DNA of 64,000 nucleotides, taken from positions 7,874,001-7,938,000 of the forward strand of contig NW_026889781.1 of NCBI RefSeq assembly GCF_033153115.1, written 5' to 3'. The position numbers were made by a program, and so were the translations under genes. The notes below the pieces were generated by a model. It made no database searches. It saw only the letters and a list, made by a program, of their open reading frames with translations, and had not been told where the DNA came from. The DNA is from Saccostrea echinata (Eukaryota). Of the stretch, positions 11,901 through 23,804 are shown one piece after another (within the stretch, counting starts at the first letter, position 1; each line of letters begins with the position of its first letter).

Positions 11901-13330
11901 TCCATTACATGTGATTCATTCATGATGTTATTGATAAATACAACAAACACATAAAAACAAACTTTTATCTAGACTTTCTATCCTGACAACAACATAAATG
12001 TTCACAAAAATCAAACAGAACCTAAACTTCATAACTCGACGTAACTTCATGCCCTCCTTTGCAGTAGTATGCAATTAGTGAACTTCGATCCAGATCGAGT
12101 GTGAACTCAATTACATAGCGATCCATATCGGGATCGAAGTTCGTTTTTTTATGTACTGCTTACGTCTTTACCGATGAACTTTCAATAGTCGTTCTTTTTA
12201 TTATTTGAAGACTTCTTTATATTAAAATGCACTTGTCTAATCGGACAAGTGCCCAGCAATATTCACTTGTCCGTAATTTTTTTTCACTGGTACCGGACAA
12301 GCGTTAATGTCGAGCCCTGGTTGCGGATAATACAAAACATGCCAATCTCAATCCAGTTTTAAATGTTAAATGTATTTGTCTTTCCAATTAAAGAATAGAA
12401 GAACTAAAAGACATATGTAAGAGAGCAGGAACCCTAAATTTATCATCCATTAATAAAAAATACGACATTTCCGAGGCATGTGTATTGTATTTAGATGTAC
12501 CATATGATAAATACATAAGATCAACAATAGATATAAATTGATATCGTTGTCATTCCTACTCTTGATGTATATAAAGTCCACAACAATAAAATATTTCATT
12601 TGCATTTTCTTAGGAATTGTTCATCGACATTCAACATATTGTTCACATGTTTATGTTACGTTTGTCCCAGAAATCCCGCGAGATTTGTATATTTTCCAAC
12701 TTTTTCACAAAAGAGCGCACTTAGAAGTATAACTCTTCCATAGTGGAAATAGAACGTATTGGCAAAGCTAATTGTGTATGGTTCTGAATTGTGTGCATTT
12801 GCCTTTTGACAACAGTAATTGTCTGTGGCAATGGATTTGGTCCATTTCCCATTAGGCAACAATAACTTAATTAAATTTTTGAAGATATACTTGTATGTAC
12901 ACATATCGAAAATAAGGGTCAAGATAACATTCCCTTTTTGAGTTAACTGTAATGAGTCCATTTATTTATATATTACATGTAGTTATTTGTGCTTTCTGGT
13001 ATCTTTTTAGGTGAAGTTGTGAAAACCAGTGATCTCAAGTGTGTAATGAATGAAGGAATGCCCATGTACAAAAACCCATTCGAAAAGGGACGACTGATTA
13101 TTAAATTTGAAGTGAAATTTCCCAAAAACATGAAAATTGAAAAAATTCCAGAGTTGGAAAAAATATTGCCACCGCGTAAAGAACCCATAATTCCAGATGG
13201 TGCCGAGGAACATGATTTGACGGAGTTTAATCCCGAGGAATATGAACATCAGCGTCGACGAGAGGCTTACGAGGATGATGACGATGATGACATGCACGGG
13301 GGTCAAAGAGTTCAATGTGCATCTCATTAA
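5948..13330 (+). CDS. DNAJA1: DnaJ homolog subfamily A (Hsp40), 400 aa; exons 5948-6079, 8097-8388, 10325-10552, 11296-11526, 13011-13330
   Basis: [13 protein letters not shown]...[10 protein letters not shown]-domain, G/F region, CxxCxGxG-type zinc motifs, C-terminal domain, and CaaX end (CASH*). All junctions are GT-AG and phase-compatible; 1203 nt total. Confidence 0.95.
6497..7736. mobile_element. 1.24-kb non-autonomous TIR transposon with 6-bp TSD (hAT-like CAG termini)
   Basis: Perfect 15-bp TIR CAGAGTTCCCGAAAC/GTTTCGGGAACTCTG; GAGTAT duplicated at 6491-6496 and 7737-7742; subterminal aaatttaccgg repeats. Confidence 0.8.
8389..8633 (+). repeat. Degenerate ~40-bp minisatellite at the start of the intron after DNAJA coding exon 2
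   Basis: Repeated aagtatctgaaagtatccactatttatct.acaaag units; the array resumes at 10189-10225 after the LTR insertion. Confidence 0.65.
8634..10188 (+). mobile_element. Probable solo LTR (Gypsy-type), 1555 bp
   Basis: TG...CA termini (tgaagtg / cgctaca, imperfect IR); 4-bp TSD GTAT at 8630-8633 and 10189-10192; TATA-like GTATAAAAG near 9159; AATAAA at 9965; interrupts a minisatellite. Confidence 0.7.
11685..12756. mobile_element. ~1.07-kb TIR element in a DNAJA intron, carrying a nested MITE
   Basis: (ta)cgttctatttcca ... tggaaatagaacg(ta) inverted termini; interrupts a ~55-bp gtaattgtgtgtgg minisatellite (11540-11680, 12760-12860). Confidence 0.6.
11760..12319. mobile_element. MITE with CAGGG termini and 5-bp TSD (hAT5-like)
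   Basis: TIR CAGGGCTCGACATTAA/TTAATGTCGAGCCCTG; GTTGC on both sides; repeated subterminal ACTTGTCC/GGACAAGT motifs. Confidence 0.75.
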
Positions 13331-15489
13331 TGATGAAAAATGGGGAGGGTGGGAGTGATGTTTGATTATTTTAAAGGAATTCAAAAAATTACTGTATAAA
13401 GATGTAAAAATGTGTGTTGTGTGTGAATGTTAAATTGTTTAAATCTTTTTGAAAATGTGATGAAATTTCTTTTTCATTACATGATTTGTTGATTTTAAGA
13501 CCTTAAATTCATCTCTTTTTTTTGTGTCTGCTCTTTCTTTTTATTTCAGCAGTAGGATATTGTGTCAGTTTTGATCTGCCTTTGAAGCACATGTAGATAA
13601 AATCATTTTTTATTTAAATTCTTTATTTAAATTATGGATTCTGCACAATGTACATGTCTATGTGGTAATGGCATTTGAGAATGAAACTGTGTTTTATTTC
13701 AAGGTAGTATGAACTATAGAATGGTAAAGCTAAAACTTAAAGCAACTTTTGTGCATGTTAGATGTGGATACCAACTTAATGATCTTTTTCACAAATTGTT
13801 AACTAAAATTTGAAATTTGAAACCCAATACATACATGTATGTTTGTGAAACTTTCTGTATGTCATGTACAATTTTTTCAATAATTGAATTTATCGTTTAA
13901 TATAATAATAAGGATGTTTTTTTAAAGTATTTTGTCAAAATGACATATTGTTTTCGTTTTTGTTGAAAATAATTAGTTCAATCAGTCTCTAATTCCTTAG
14001 ACTAGTCTCTGATTAAGTGTTATGTATAGGATTTCAATTTATCTATCTGAAATTTGCCCATTGAGGATGACTAAAGGCAAAATCAAGGAGGGAACAGATT
14101 TTTTCAGGAACTTTTGATTTCACCATTCAGTAGTTTCTTTAGGAACATACATTGTTTTTCATTTAATTAAAAAAAAAAGAAAGCTATCTTGATAGATTTT
14201 GAATAAAAAAAGTTTTTATGTTGTACATGTACAAGGTAGGATTGAAGGAAGATTCTTTTATATTTCCAACATAAAAAAAATTAAAACAGAAACATAAATT
14301 TTCTTTACAATACGTATGAATTTTACTTTAATTTTAATTCTGTGCATCAAATTTGGTGGATTTAGATTCTTGTTTTAAAAAAAAATCTGTCATTCTCGTA
14401 AATTTTGGTTCAAATATGCAGGTATCAGTGCACTGACATAATAAAAAGTGGACCTTGTTGCCATGTGCAGATCTTTGTTTAATTTTTTGACAATATATGT
14501 AATTCTGTGAATTAGAAGATGAGATATGTTGAGTAAGATACCTGTTTAAATGTACATGTAACTGTGGCAAAGAAAAACTTGGTTATAATTGTAAAAATAG
14601 ACCAATGCATTTCATCATAACTGCTGTATGAATATACTTAAAATGTTTCAGAAATTGTTATACATGGAGAATGTACACGAAGGGAGATTAAATTGGATCG
14701 AGCAAATATGAAAAAAAAGAGATGTTATTCAAGATGCATTTAAAAGAAAACTATATTAGGTCCATCTGTGATACATACATTTAAAGATCTTGCAGCAGTT
14801 AGTATAAGGTATGTTGAAGGGAATTTGAAGAGTTTGTTTTATACCATTTATTGTGAAAATGAAAGCTTTCTAGAAATATGTTGAAAGCAAAAATGTGAAG
14901 AATAAATAATATATTGAATTTCTGCATTTGTGTGTTTGTGATGGCAGTTTGATGGCATAGCCTTTTACATGCACATGTAATGTATGTTGATTCATTCAGG
15001 ATTCAAAGCATGGTAATAGATGAGAATGGATATATAGCAATATATCACCCAAGTGACTCTGATGAGGTAGATAAGCTATAAACCTATATTTTCTACCAAA
15101 CTAAGAAATAAAAGAGTATTGTCGTATTGAATTTACTGTGAATTATGCATATATAGACCTAAGGAAGAAAGTCAAAATTGCATGTTAAATATGGTACACT
15201 GATACAGTAACTTCATTATAAATATGAAAATAATGAATTCATACACTCTATAAGTACATGTATATAGGATGGAAATGCATTTATCTGAGCCAATTAAAAA
15301 TAAACTTTTCTTTTTGAATAATAATAAGAGTGTCGAGCTGACATTAGTTTCAACTCGAACTTTTCAAATTTTTATAGCCTTCTAAAGAATTTTCTGACAA
15401 ATTTGAACCAAATTTAACGGCCCTCCAACAGTTCTTTCTTCTCATAGAATGAACAGTTTTCGGCCTATAACCTTTACATAAAGATGTAT

Positions 15490-15832
15490 AATGGGAAAGG
15501 AGAAAATGTTTGATTGGTTTGGGAATCAAACCCAGGACCCTGGGTCAGGTGCTCTACCCAGCTACCCAGGCTAATATCCATGACCCAAACTATTTTATTC
15601 CTCCCTCTATAAATTGTCTTCCCCCTCAAAATTTAACCAACCCAAGTTCTTTTGCCCATGGCAGAACTTTCACCTGCAGGTCCAGAGGTGGTCAGGGGCA
15701 CCAAATTATTAACGGGAAAGGAGAAAATGTACCGGGTATGACTGGATCGGGAATCAGATCATGGACCCCTGCATCAGCAGTCAGGTGCTCTACCTATCAA
15801 GTTACCCAGGCAAATATCCATGACCAAAACCA
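15490..15832 (-). repeat. Two ~220-bp-spaced direct copies of a degenerate tRNA-derived repeat
   Basis: gggaaaggagaaaatgt...gggaatca(aacc/gatc)...tcaggtgctctacc...acccagg..aatatccatgacc occurs twice; the reverse complement has A/B-box-like segments. Confidence 0.45.
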
Positions 15833-15892
15833 TTACAGTTGCATGGAGTAACTTCATAATTGAATGATACAAATTGTGCTGATCTTCTGCCT

Positions 15893-16540
15893 TTTTAGCT
15901 CACCTCAATGAAGTTGGGGGAGCTTATGTAATACCATCGGCTTCGGTGTCCCAGATTAGAGTTTTTGAGCAAATTTCTGTTCAACTACTTCTATGCACTA
16001 TATTAATCAGAGGTTCATGGAGAATGCTGCAATTTCAGCTTAAGAATGACCAGGTTAATGTTTTTGGAGCAGGTTAAAGTTTTAAGAGCAGATGATTGAC
16101 CAGGTTAAATGCGTAAGTCCTATGTTAACCAAACTTGCATGGATGATACATCTAAGGATGCACACTACTGGACTTGCTTCGGATGCTGGATCTGACCTTC
16201 ATTTTCCAGATGAGTGACCAGGTTAAAGTCTTTTGAAGCAGGTCTATTGCCAAGAAACTATAAGGCCTATCTGAACCAAACTTGCATGGACGATGCACCA
16301 AGGGATGGACACTCTCAAACTTGCTTCAGATGCTGGATTTGACTTACATTTTCTGGATGAGTGACTAGTTTAAAGTTTTAGGTAAGTCCATCACCAAGTA
16401 ACTGCAAACCCTATCAGACCAAAATTGCATAAATGTTACATCTAGGGATGCACACTACTAGATTATTAGTGTGGGACTTTGCCTTACTTAAAGACAACAT
16501 TCACTGAGATGAGCTCTGTAATCTCTGATTACCTATGTTT
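15893..16540 (+). mobile_element. HINE-type element with ~133-bp tandem units (same family as 34750-35520)
   Basis: TTTAGCTCACCTC start, repeated accaaacttgcatggatgat.catc.agggatg...cttgcttcggatgctggatctgacc units, GAGATGAGCT 3' sub-TIR. Confidence 0.65.
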
Positions 16541-19500
16541 AATAAATAAAATCAATACTTGCTGATTAAAATCAAGTACCTGTATGTACATGTACTTGCA
16601 AGCAAGAGAGATCAAAAATAAGATGTAATAAAACACTTTTTATTACTAATAAAATAAAACAATTTTATTTCTTGTATCTTCTCAATTCTAAGAACATGTT
16701 AACTTACTACACATTTGTATAATGATATATTAAGTACATACAACATTCATAGATCTTTTTGCAAAATACAATAGCAATTCAAGAAAAAAAAATGACCAGG
16801 TATTTTATAAAAGATAGACTGACACCTCTGTAAATTTTAATACTAACAAAATACCAATACTACTGCTTTTGATTTTAAAACAAAAGTAATGAAAAACTAG
16901 TGAATAAAATTGTCATTTGTCTATCATTTGGGCTTCTTTTTCTATTGAAGAAAATTGTTATAGAAGAAATTAACAAAAATCACACAATATTGTCCGTCTG
17001 AATAAGCAATGGTAACGGTTTGAATAACAAGTTTTGCTTTAAAATCTAATTACACTTCAAAAATGACAATTTTTAGTTCATTTAAAGTCTAAAATCATTT
17101 TATTTTACATATTTAAAACACTTCTTAAAAAAAATTACTAAAGATATTTTTAATTATTTTCCTTCTTTAAATTTCCAAAACATCATGAAGAAATATAACA
17201 ATACATGTATATATTTTTTCTGTTACTAAATTAAAATCTATTAATGAACTTATATCCATGTCCATGTATGTAAAATAAAAAGTTTCAAATGAACAATTTT
17301 CTCGTTAATTATTATGTCCTATTTTAATTTTGCTCACTTGTGACCTTATTAAATCTACACTTGCCAAGATTTCTTTTTTATAATTCAAACGTAGAACACA
17401 TTCAAATTTACGGGGAAATACCACCCCCCCTCCCCCCCCCCCCCCAATGATTAGGGACATAAACAATACTGGTAAATTAATTTCCTTTTCATCCTCAACT
17501 ACTGTTGAATATAACAAATTCGCTTAAAATTTCAGTTTTAGCTCCATTTTCTACACTAAATAGTCTTGGAAAGAGGTTAATTCTAATGCATATTTCCTAT
17601 AAAAGATGACATGTCTCCCTACTTCTTTTCTTCCTATAAAACTGAAGTAATATTTATAGTATATAATCATGTTAGCTTCAGCTTCACTCAGAAAAGAACC
17701 AAAAAAAAAAATGTTAACATGTAGTAGCTTGTAGAACAAAAATAAAATTTTGAAAAGAAAATTTACAACAGAATAGTAAAACAAAAAATTGCACTGTGTA
17801 ATACTTCTAACAAAAAATGAGTGATTCTGAGGAATATACAATTATTGGAGCATTATCTAATTACAAAAACAAATTACAAAAGAATAATTTAAAATTAACA
17901 TATTTGATAGAAAATAAACCAAAGACTTATCAGATGCACAAAACATAAAGAGTTAAGTGGTTATTTCAGAATTTCATATGTCATGGTGTCCTTTTCTGAA
18001 CAAAATTAATTTTGATATATAATATGTACCATTTTTCATGCATATATCAACACTTAGATTATCGTTAATTTCATATTTTACCTTCTTTTTGCCCAAAACT
18101 TGTTGCAGAATCAGTTATGGACAAATGCAGTTTTTAAAGCAGATTGGATTTTCACCTACATTGTTTCAACAAATATTCATGACTGATAAATTTCACCAAT
18201 ATAAAGGAATCTTCCAGACACTTTTCAAAAAGTAAATACACTTGAACTTCAGCATCTCAAATATCAGTATCTCGAATACCATGGATATATATCACATCAA
18301 GTTAAAAGTCCCAACCACATCCTTATGTATTTAAACTCAAATGTCTCAAATCCTCAGATATCTCTCTGTTTTTTCTTCACCCCATGGAGTTTATATAATG
18401 AGGTTAAATGTACAGTAATATTTTATCCACAAATTTTTCCCATAATCCTTTGAATTCAATATTGTAAATCACTTTTTATTCATGAGAACTTTATTTTCGC
18501 ATAATTACGCAAGACTTGTTAGTGAAAATTTCATCTCGCTTATAAATACCAAATACCATCTCGCTAAAATAAGATGTCGCAAAAATTAAGTCATCTACAG
18601 TATTGCAATGAACTTGAAGTGCTTAAAATTTGTTATTCTTTTTTAACCAATAAAAAAAAATCTACATTTGACTTTCAGTGTCTTGAACACTAACAAACTG
18701 AACACTTAGGATAAATACTGGACTCACTATATATGTTAGATGAATCACTGAAATTACATTGAAGTTAAATTGTGCATTCAGCAAAGGCAAGCGATTTAAA
18801 AAAATGATTTTTTTTATATCTTTAATGCAACTTTATGTTTTGGCATTAAGTAATGTTTCACTTCTAGGATAATCAGTGTAAATAAGGAACATGTACGTAA
18901 ACATGAATAAACATATATATACATATGTTTTTATCATTTAATATTACAGAAGGAATGTACTCACACAAGACATCTATATTTATCTATAGATATACGCTAA
19001 CTCCACCCCATAACAAAAAGCTGAATGGTTCTCAATTCTCCAAAAAAAAAAAAAAATTACTTTGGGAGAAAGCATATAACTACATGTAAAAGCAAACTGA
19101 TATGGTTAAAACAGAGATTTAAACTGTACAATCATGCATTTTTCCAACTGCCCCATTATTGCTAAAAAAAATTATAACAAATATATGCAAACAATCATTT
19201 CAACATATTAATGTAATGTAATAAAGTTTTAAAAGTAATGCCAGAAACATGTATTTATCTGGTTATTAATGAATGCATTAACACACTTTGCACAACCAAT
19301 ATTGTTTTTTAGTCTACTGCTTAATTTATAAATATAATAACATGATCTTGTGTTCAACCAAGTATTCCATTACATGTAAATGCACAGCATTTATGGTCTT
19401 TAAAAAACAAGAGACATAACAAGCATGCTACCAGCAAAAATGGGCACATAAGATAATATCATTTAAAAAATAATTGGTTTTATTGATAAGAATTAACTCC

Positions 19501-20022
19501 CCCCCCCCCCCCCCCCCCAAAAAAAATAACTAGAGAAGTTTAAATGCTGCTGATCATCAGTCCAATATTATTTTCAAAATGACCAATTCATGTAGCATTG
19601 CTCTGCATTATCTAGTTTTTATTTAACAATTTTGAACTCGGATTAGGTACAAGTACAGTTTTGTATTTTTTTTTTTAATAACAGGAAGAAAATGATATTG
19701 AAATCTCAGACATTAAGCAAAAAGAAAAAAGAAAAAAGGAAAAAAAACCCACTGAAGTTCTTATAATATCCATGAGTATGGATATACTTCTATAAACTTT
19801 TATATCTATATATGACAGGCAATAGAGGTGGGATATATGTTTCCATGATAACAATAAATCTTCAGTCTTCTTTTAATGCATGATTTCTGTTGATTTCCTT
19901 ATGTTCCTCTTTTATTCATTCAAACTTTTATTTCTCTTCCATGTACATCCAGAAAGAAAATGTCACATCACAAAAAAATAATTTAGCTGCTGATAATAAA
20001 AATGTCTCCTAGTTTGAGTGAA

Positions 20023-21003
20023 TCATAATTTCTTCTTTTGTTGTCTCTTTTGTTGTTCCTTTTCTTTTCTTTGTTGCTTCATTTTCTTCTTTTCTTCCTT
20101 TGCTTTTTCTTTCTCTCTTAAACTTTTGAACAGCTTGTAGGCAAAGAAAGCTGAAATGTACGGTACTCATTTATACAGTGAAGTATAATTGTTTTATTTC
20201 TTAATTGAAATGTAAACAAAAAACATACGAACTCGGAAATTTTTCATAACGGTTGAAAAGGTTGATAACAATTTTAATGCAAAACTACAAAAGGCCTTTC
20301 AAAATGTGCTGGTACCCGGTACTTTTACCGGGCTGAAATTACGAAAGTAATTATGTACCGTCCAAAACATTCGTTGGAAAAAAATTTGATAACATATTTA
20401 GTTACAATTGCTTCCATAAGGTACCCCCTATTTTTGAAATAGCATTGCCTGTTACTAATCTTTTTGAAAGCCTTGAAACTATGAAAGAAATGCTTAACTA
20501 CTCCCAGTATAAGTTGATATAACAGAATTTGAATAGCTGTGCACCCCCAACCCCCCTTTAGTAGTGTCGGGAACATAAACGTCCTGGTAGTACATATGTC
20601 CTTAGGTTCCAAATTTACAAAGTTCAAATATGTATGCTTAAAATTAATTATATCTGCATATAAATAATTCTTTTAGCATTGCATTATATGATTTTACAAT
20701 TATTTATTACACCAACATATGTACTGCTGATTTTTTTCACACTCCCTTACATCACAATACCTTTTGGTAAAAGAAATTTTAAACCTTCAATACCGTGACC
20801 ATATCAAAACCAGTTAAAATATATTCTTCATCGGGGGAGAGAATTACACGGCATAGACCATATTGTGCCCAGTCTTCAGCTGTTCAGAAAAAATTAGGAA
20901 TATTATTGCACTCACAGACTAAGCATATGACAATGATCCCTGGAATTATAAACACCGTGTTGTCGATGCTCTCTTTCACTGGTCCAGAACCGTAGTCCAC
21001 CAT
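20023..21003 (-). CDS. 71-aa small integral membrane protein (single TM plus K/E/Q-rich tail); exons 21003-20916 and 20150-20023
   Basis: Spliced ORF MVDYGSGPVKESIDNTVFIIPGIIVICLVSFFAYKLFKSLREKEKAKEEKKKMKQQRKEKEQQKRQQKKKL*. Donor T|GTGAGT, acceptor TTTCAG|, 216 nt in frame, good Kozak (atcATGG), next to a shared ETS-rich promoter. Confidence 0.8.
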
Positions 21004-21361
21004 GATTGATTTGGTTTGAGTCGCCAAATTACAAAATATGGACAACAGTGCAAAAAGCCCGTCTGGTTGTAACTTTCACCCGGAAGCGACGTTGACACAG
21101 GAAGTTGTTTTCATTCGTATCTATAAAGAAGAGGGAATACGCTAGGACCAGAAACTTCCGTAAAGTTCTGATTTGGTCTGCTATCACGTTTCTGAACAAT
21201 TTCCATCATTATCTATAGAGATGATTTTTAGAACAAATCCTAGTCTAAACCAAACATTCCCAAAGACGTCAGAATGACAGGTTGTTAATCAGTTTGTTAT
21301 TACGAATTACTTTTGGTTCGATTTACTTCTTAAGGATCAAAGAATACCAAAGGTGAAGGTC
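21004..21361. promoter_or_regulatory. Bidirectional promoter between the microprotein gene and MICOS13
   Basis: Head-to-head ATGs about 360 bp apart; ETS/GABPA-type motifs CCGGAAGC (~21079), CAGGAAGT (~21098), ACTTCCG (~21154). Confidence 0.65.
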
Positions 21362-22773
21362 ATGGCTGTGACACTTGCAAAGTGAGTTGATAGTCATTTT
21401 ACAGCGGTATATATCTTTGTAGAGGAGGATAAAACAAAAGAAATGTTTTGTTAGTTCAGTAATATATGTTTGATTAACATGTTTAAATTAATTCAGCTGT
21501 AAGCCTATTGTAAATATTAATTAAGAAGTTGCATCATTTTGACATACAGAGGAATTTCGAACGATAGCAGCTGATTGTGGTATGCATTTGATTCTCATTT
21601 TATTTTCTCATACAATCTTTTGAGAGTGAAATTTGAAATTATTTTTAATGGAGACTATGCATCCAACCCATGATATAGATCTTAATGTTTCAGCTTTTCT
21701 GGCCCAGTGGTTCTTGAGAAGAAGATTTTTAAAGATTTTTTTTTATATTTTTCAATGTAAAACTTGGATTCTCTATTGTGGCCCCGCCCTCTCCTGGGGG
21801 GTCATGATTTTAACAATTTAGAATCTACACTACCCCAAAACTTTTTCTTTGTGTTTGAGTTTCTCATGTGACTTCCTATCTATTGTAGTTGTCTTTAGTG
21901 CAGCATGTGCAGTATGTACATGTTCAAGTTTTCAGATTGAAGTTTTTATTGTTAATTCACAGGGCGACTGCGAAGCTTGGAGTTGCTGGTGGAGCAGTGT
22001 ATTTAACTGTGAAGGAAGGATTATGGGGAAACAGTAAAGAGAGTAACGAGGCGTACAAACGTCTGAAATCTAGGACACTGGATGAGTGGTTACCAGCTAC
22101 TGTAGAGAAACCAACAACAACAAAGAAGGTTTGTACTAATCAACACCACCTAAACAATACCACCTTAGGAGCATAGTGAAATAGTACCATCTTAAGATTG
22201 CATATGAAGTGAAATAATATTATCACCTTAAGGCAGCAAAATGACAATAACACTGAAGGCTGCATACAGAGTGAAATATTACTGCCACCTTAGGGCTATA
22301 TACTGATTAAAATACAATCTAATTAAAATTAGATGTTCCGAATCCGCTATCGCTTCTCAAACATCTAACAACATCCCATTCGGGGTCACGTCAGAGCGAC
22401 CTTTCGATTACCCAATGAAATCGCCGTCGTCAAAATCTTGGCTTATAGTTCGGATGCGTTTCTTTTTTTTACTGCCAAACCGAAACGCCCGAGAGGTTTC
22501 GTAGTAAACAAAATATGCATGGTAAAGACCATGCTATATATGAATTTATATACATATATATATATATGAAAGGTCGCTCTGACGTGACCCCGAATGGGAT
22601 GTTGTTAGATGTTTGAGAAGCGGTAGCGGATTCGGAACATCTAATTTTAATTAGATTGATTAAAATATTTATATGATACCACCGTATGATTGCATATTGA
22701 ATGCAATAACAGCATCGCCTCAAGGACTCACACAAGGAAATAATAACACAGGTGGAAAATAATCCTTCAGACA

Positions 22774-22834
<61 letters not shown>

Positions 22835-23804
22835 TGTATGCAAGGTTTTTGTCATATTTGGACTGAAAATAATATTGATCTTTTTTTAATACTCTTAACT
22901 ACAAGATCTATATATGAAAAGGGATTATCATTTCTATTTTACTACATTTTTGACTATTTTTTGTCCCAACAGATTGTTGCACAAAAATCAGTGAAGAAAG
23001 AAGTCACTCCAGAAATCAAACCTCAACAACCATCACAATATAATGCCTGTAAGTGTAGAAATAACATTATCAAAACCTCATACTTATATCAATAAGGCCT
23101 AGATAAATAAATTGTGTGTTTCCGGTTCCCCGACCGACCCTAAAATATATGAGCTGACCCTGAAAAATTTATCTGCGATATTTTTCCAGAAGTAAACTAT
23201 TCCAGTTTCACTATTAGAAATCCTAATCTCAATCACTTCTGTGTTTCAGAAAATGCATTTCCTATACAAATTAATCAGAAATGTTTTGACAGCGATTTCC
23301 CCAGGGAAAAATTGTAGCGTGCTTGCCAATAAAATTTTAAATTAAAATGTCTTCCCTTCCTACCTACCTACCCTATTTTGTCTCAGGTTGGGAAACACAC
23401 TATTTATTTATCTTAGCCTAATCTCTCATAATGGTGTTATTAATAGTCTATCACTTACACATGTCAAAATGACTCTATCCCCCCCCCCCCCCCCAGAATT
23501 CAAAGCAGTGAACCAGATTGCAGAGGTTCTGATTAAACAGTTTTTACTGCATTTAGAAATGGTCACAGTATAAACAATTCTGTCCTTTTACAGCCCTTAT
23601 ATTTTTTCTCACTTGTCAACATTTCTCTTTTTTATTGATTCTACTGTATGTACATGAACTATTTTACTCTTTTTCTCAGAATCAAGTTTATATTTTCTCG
23701 TTGTAGGTGTGAACACTGTCTTCAAAACACTTGCAGATTTACCTGAAACAGTACCAGAGAAATTAAACTCAGTTGTGGCTTACTTCAAAGACCTCAGTGG
23801 ATAA
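21362..23804 (+). CDS. MICOS13: MICOS complex subunit MIC13/QIL1, 119 aa; exons 21362-21381, 21963-22128, 22973-23048, 23707-23804
   Basis: MAVTLAKATAKLGVAGGAVYLTVKEGLWG... matches the QIL1 N-terminus (GSVAGGAVYL in human); C-terminal YNACVNTVFKTLADLP aligns with WNAGIMTVMSAL; GT-AG junctions in phase; AATAAA near 23846. Confidence 0.85.
22315..22658. mobile_element. MULE-like MITE with ~91-bp TIRs and 9-bp TSD in MICOS13 intron 2
   Basis: TIRs 22315-22405 and 22568-22658 differ at one visible position; ATTAAAATA at 22306-22314 and 22659-22667. Confidence 0.85.
22777..22830. repeat. (TA)n microsatellite
   Basis: Uninterrupted TA run of about 27 units. Confidence 0.95.
23096..23418. mobile_element. 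MITE with GGC...GCC termini and TAA TSD (Zator/Harbinger-like)
   Basis: ggcctagataaataaattgtgtgtttcc / ggaaacacactatttatttatcttagcc flanked by TAA; internal ccgaccgaccc/cctacctaccc motifs. Confidence 0.7.

Noticed and set aside
11264-13384. Minus-strand ORFs overlapping DNAJA exons (also the antisense ORFs over the zinc-finger and transposase exons)
   Set aside because: Shadow frames of real coding exons with no independent support.
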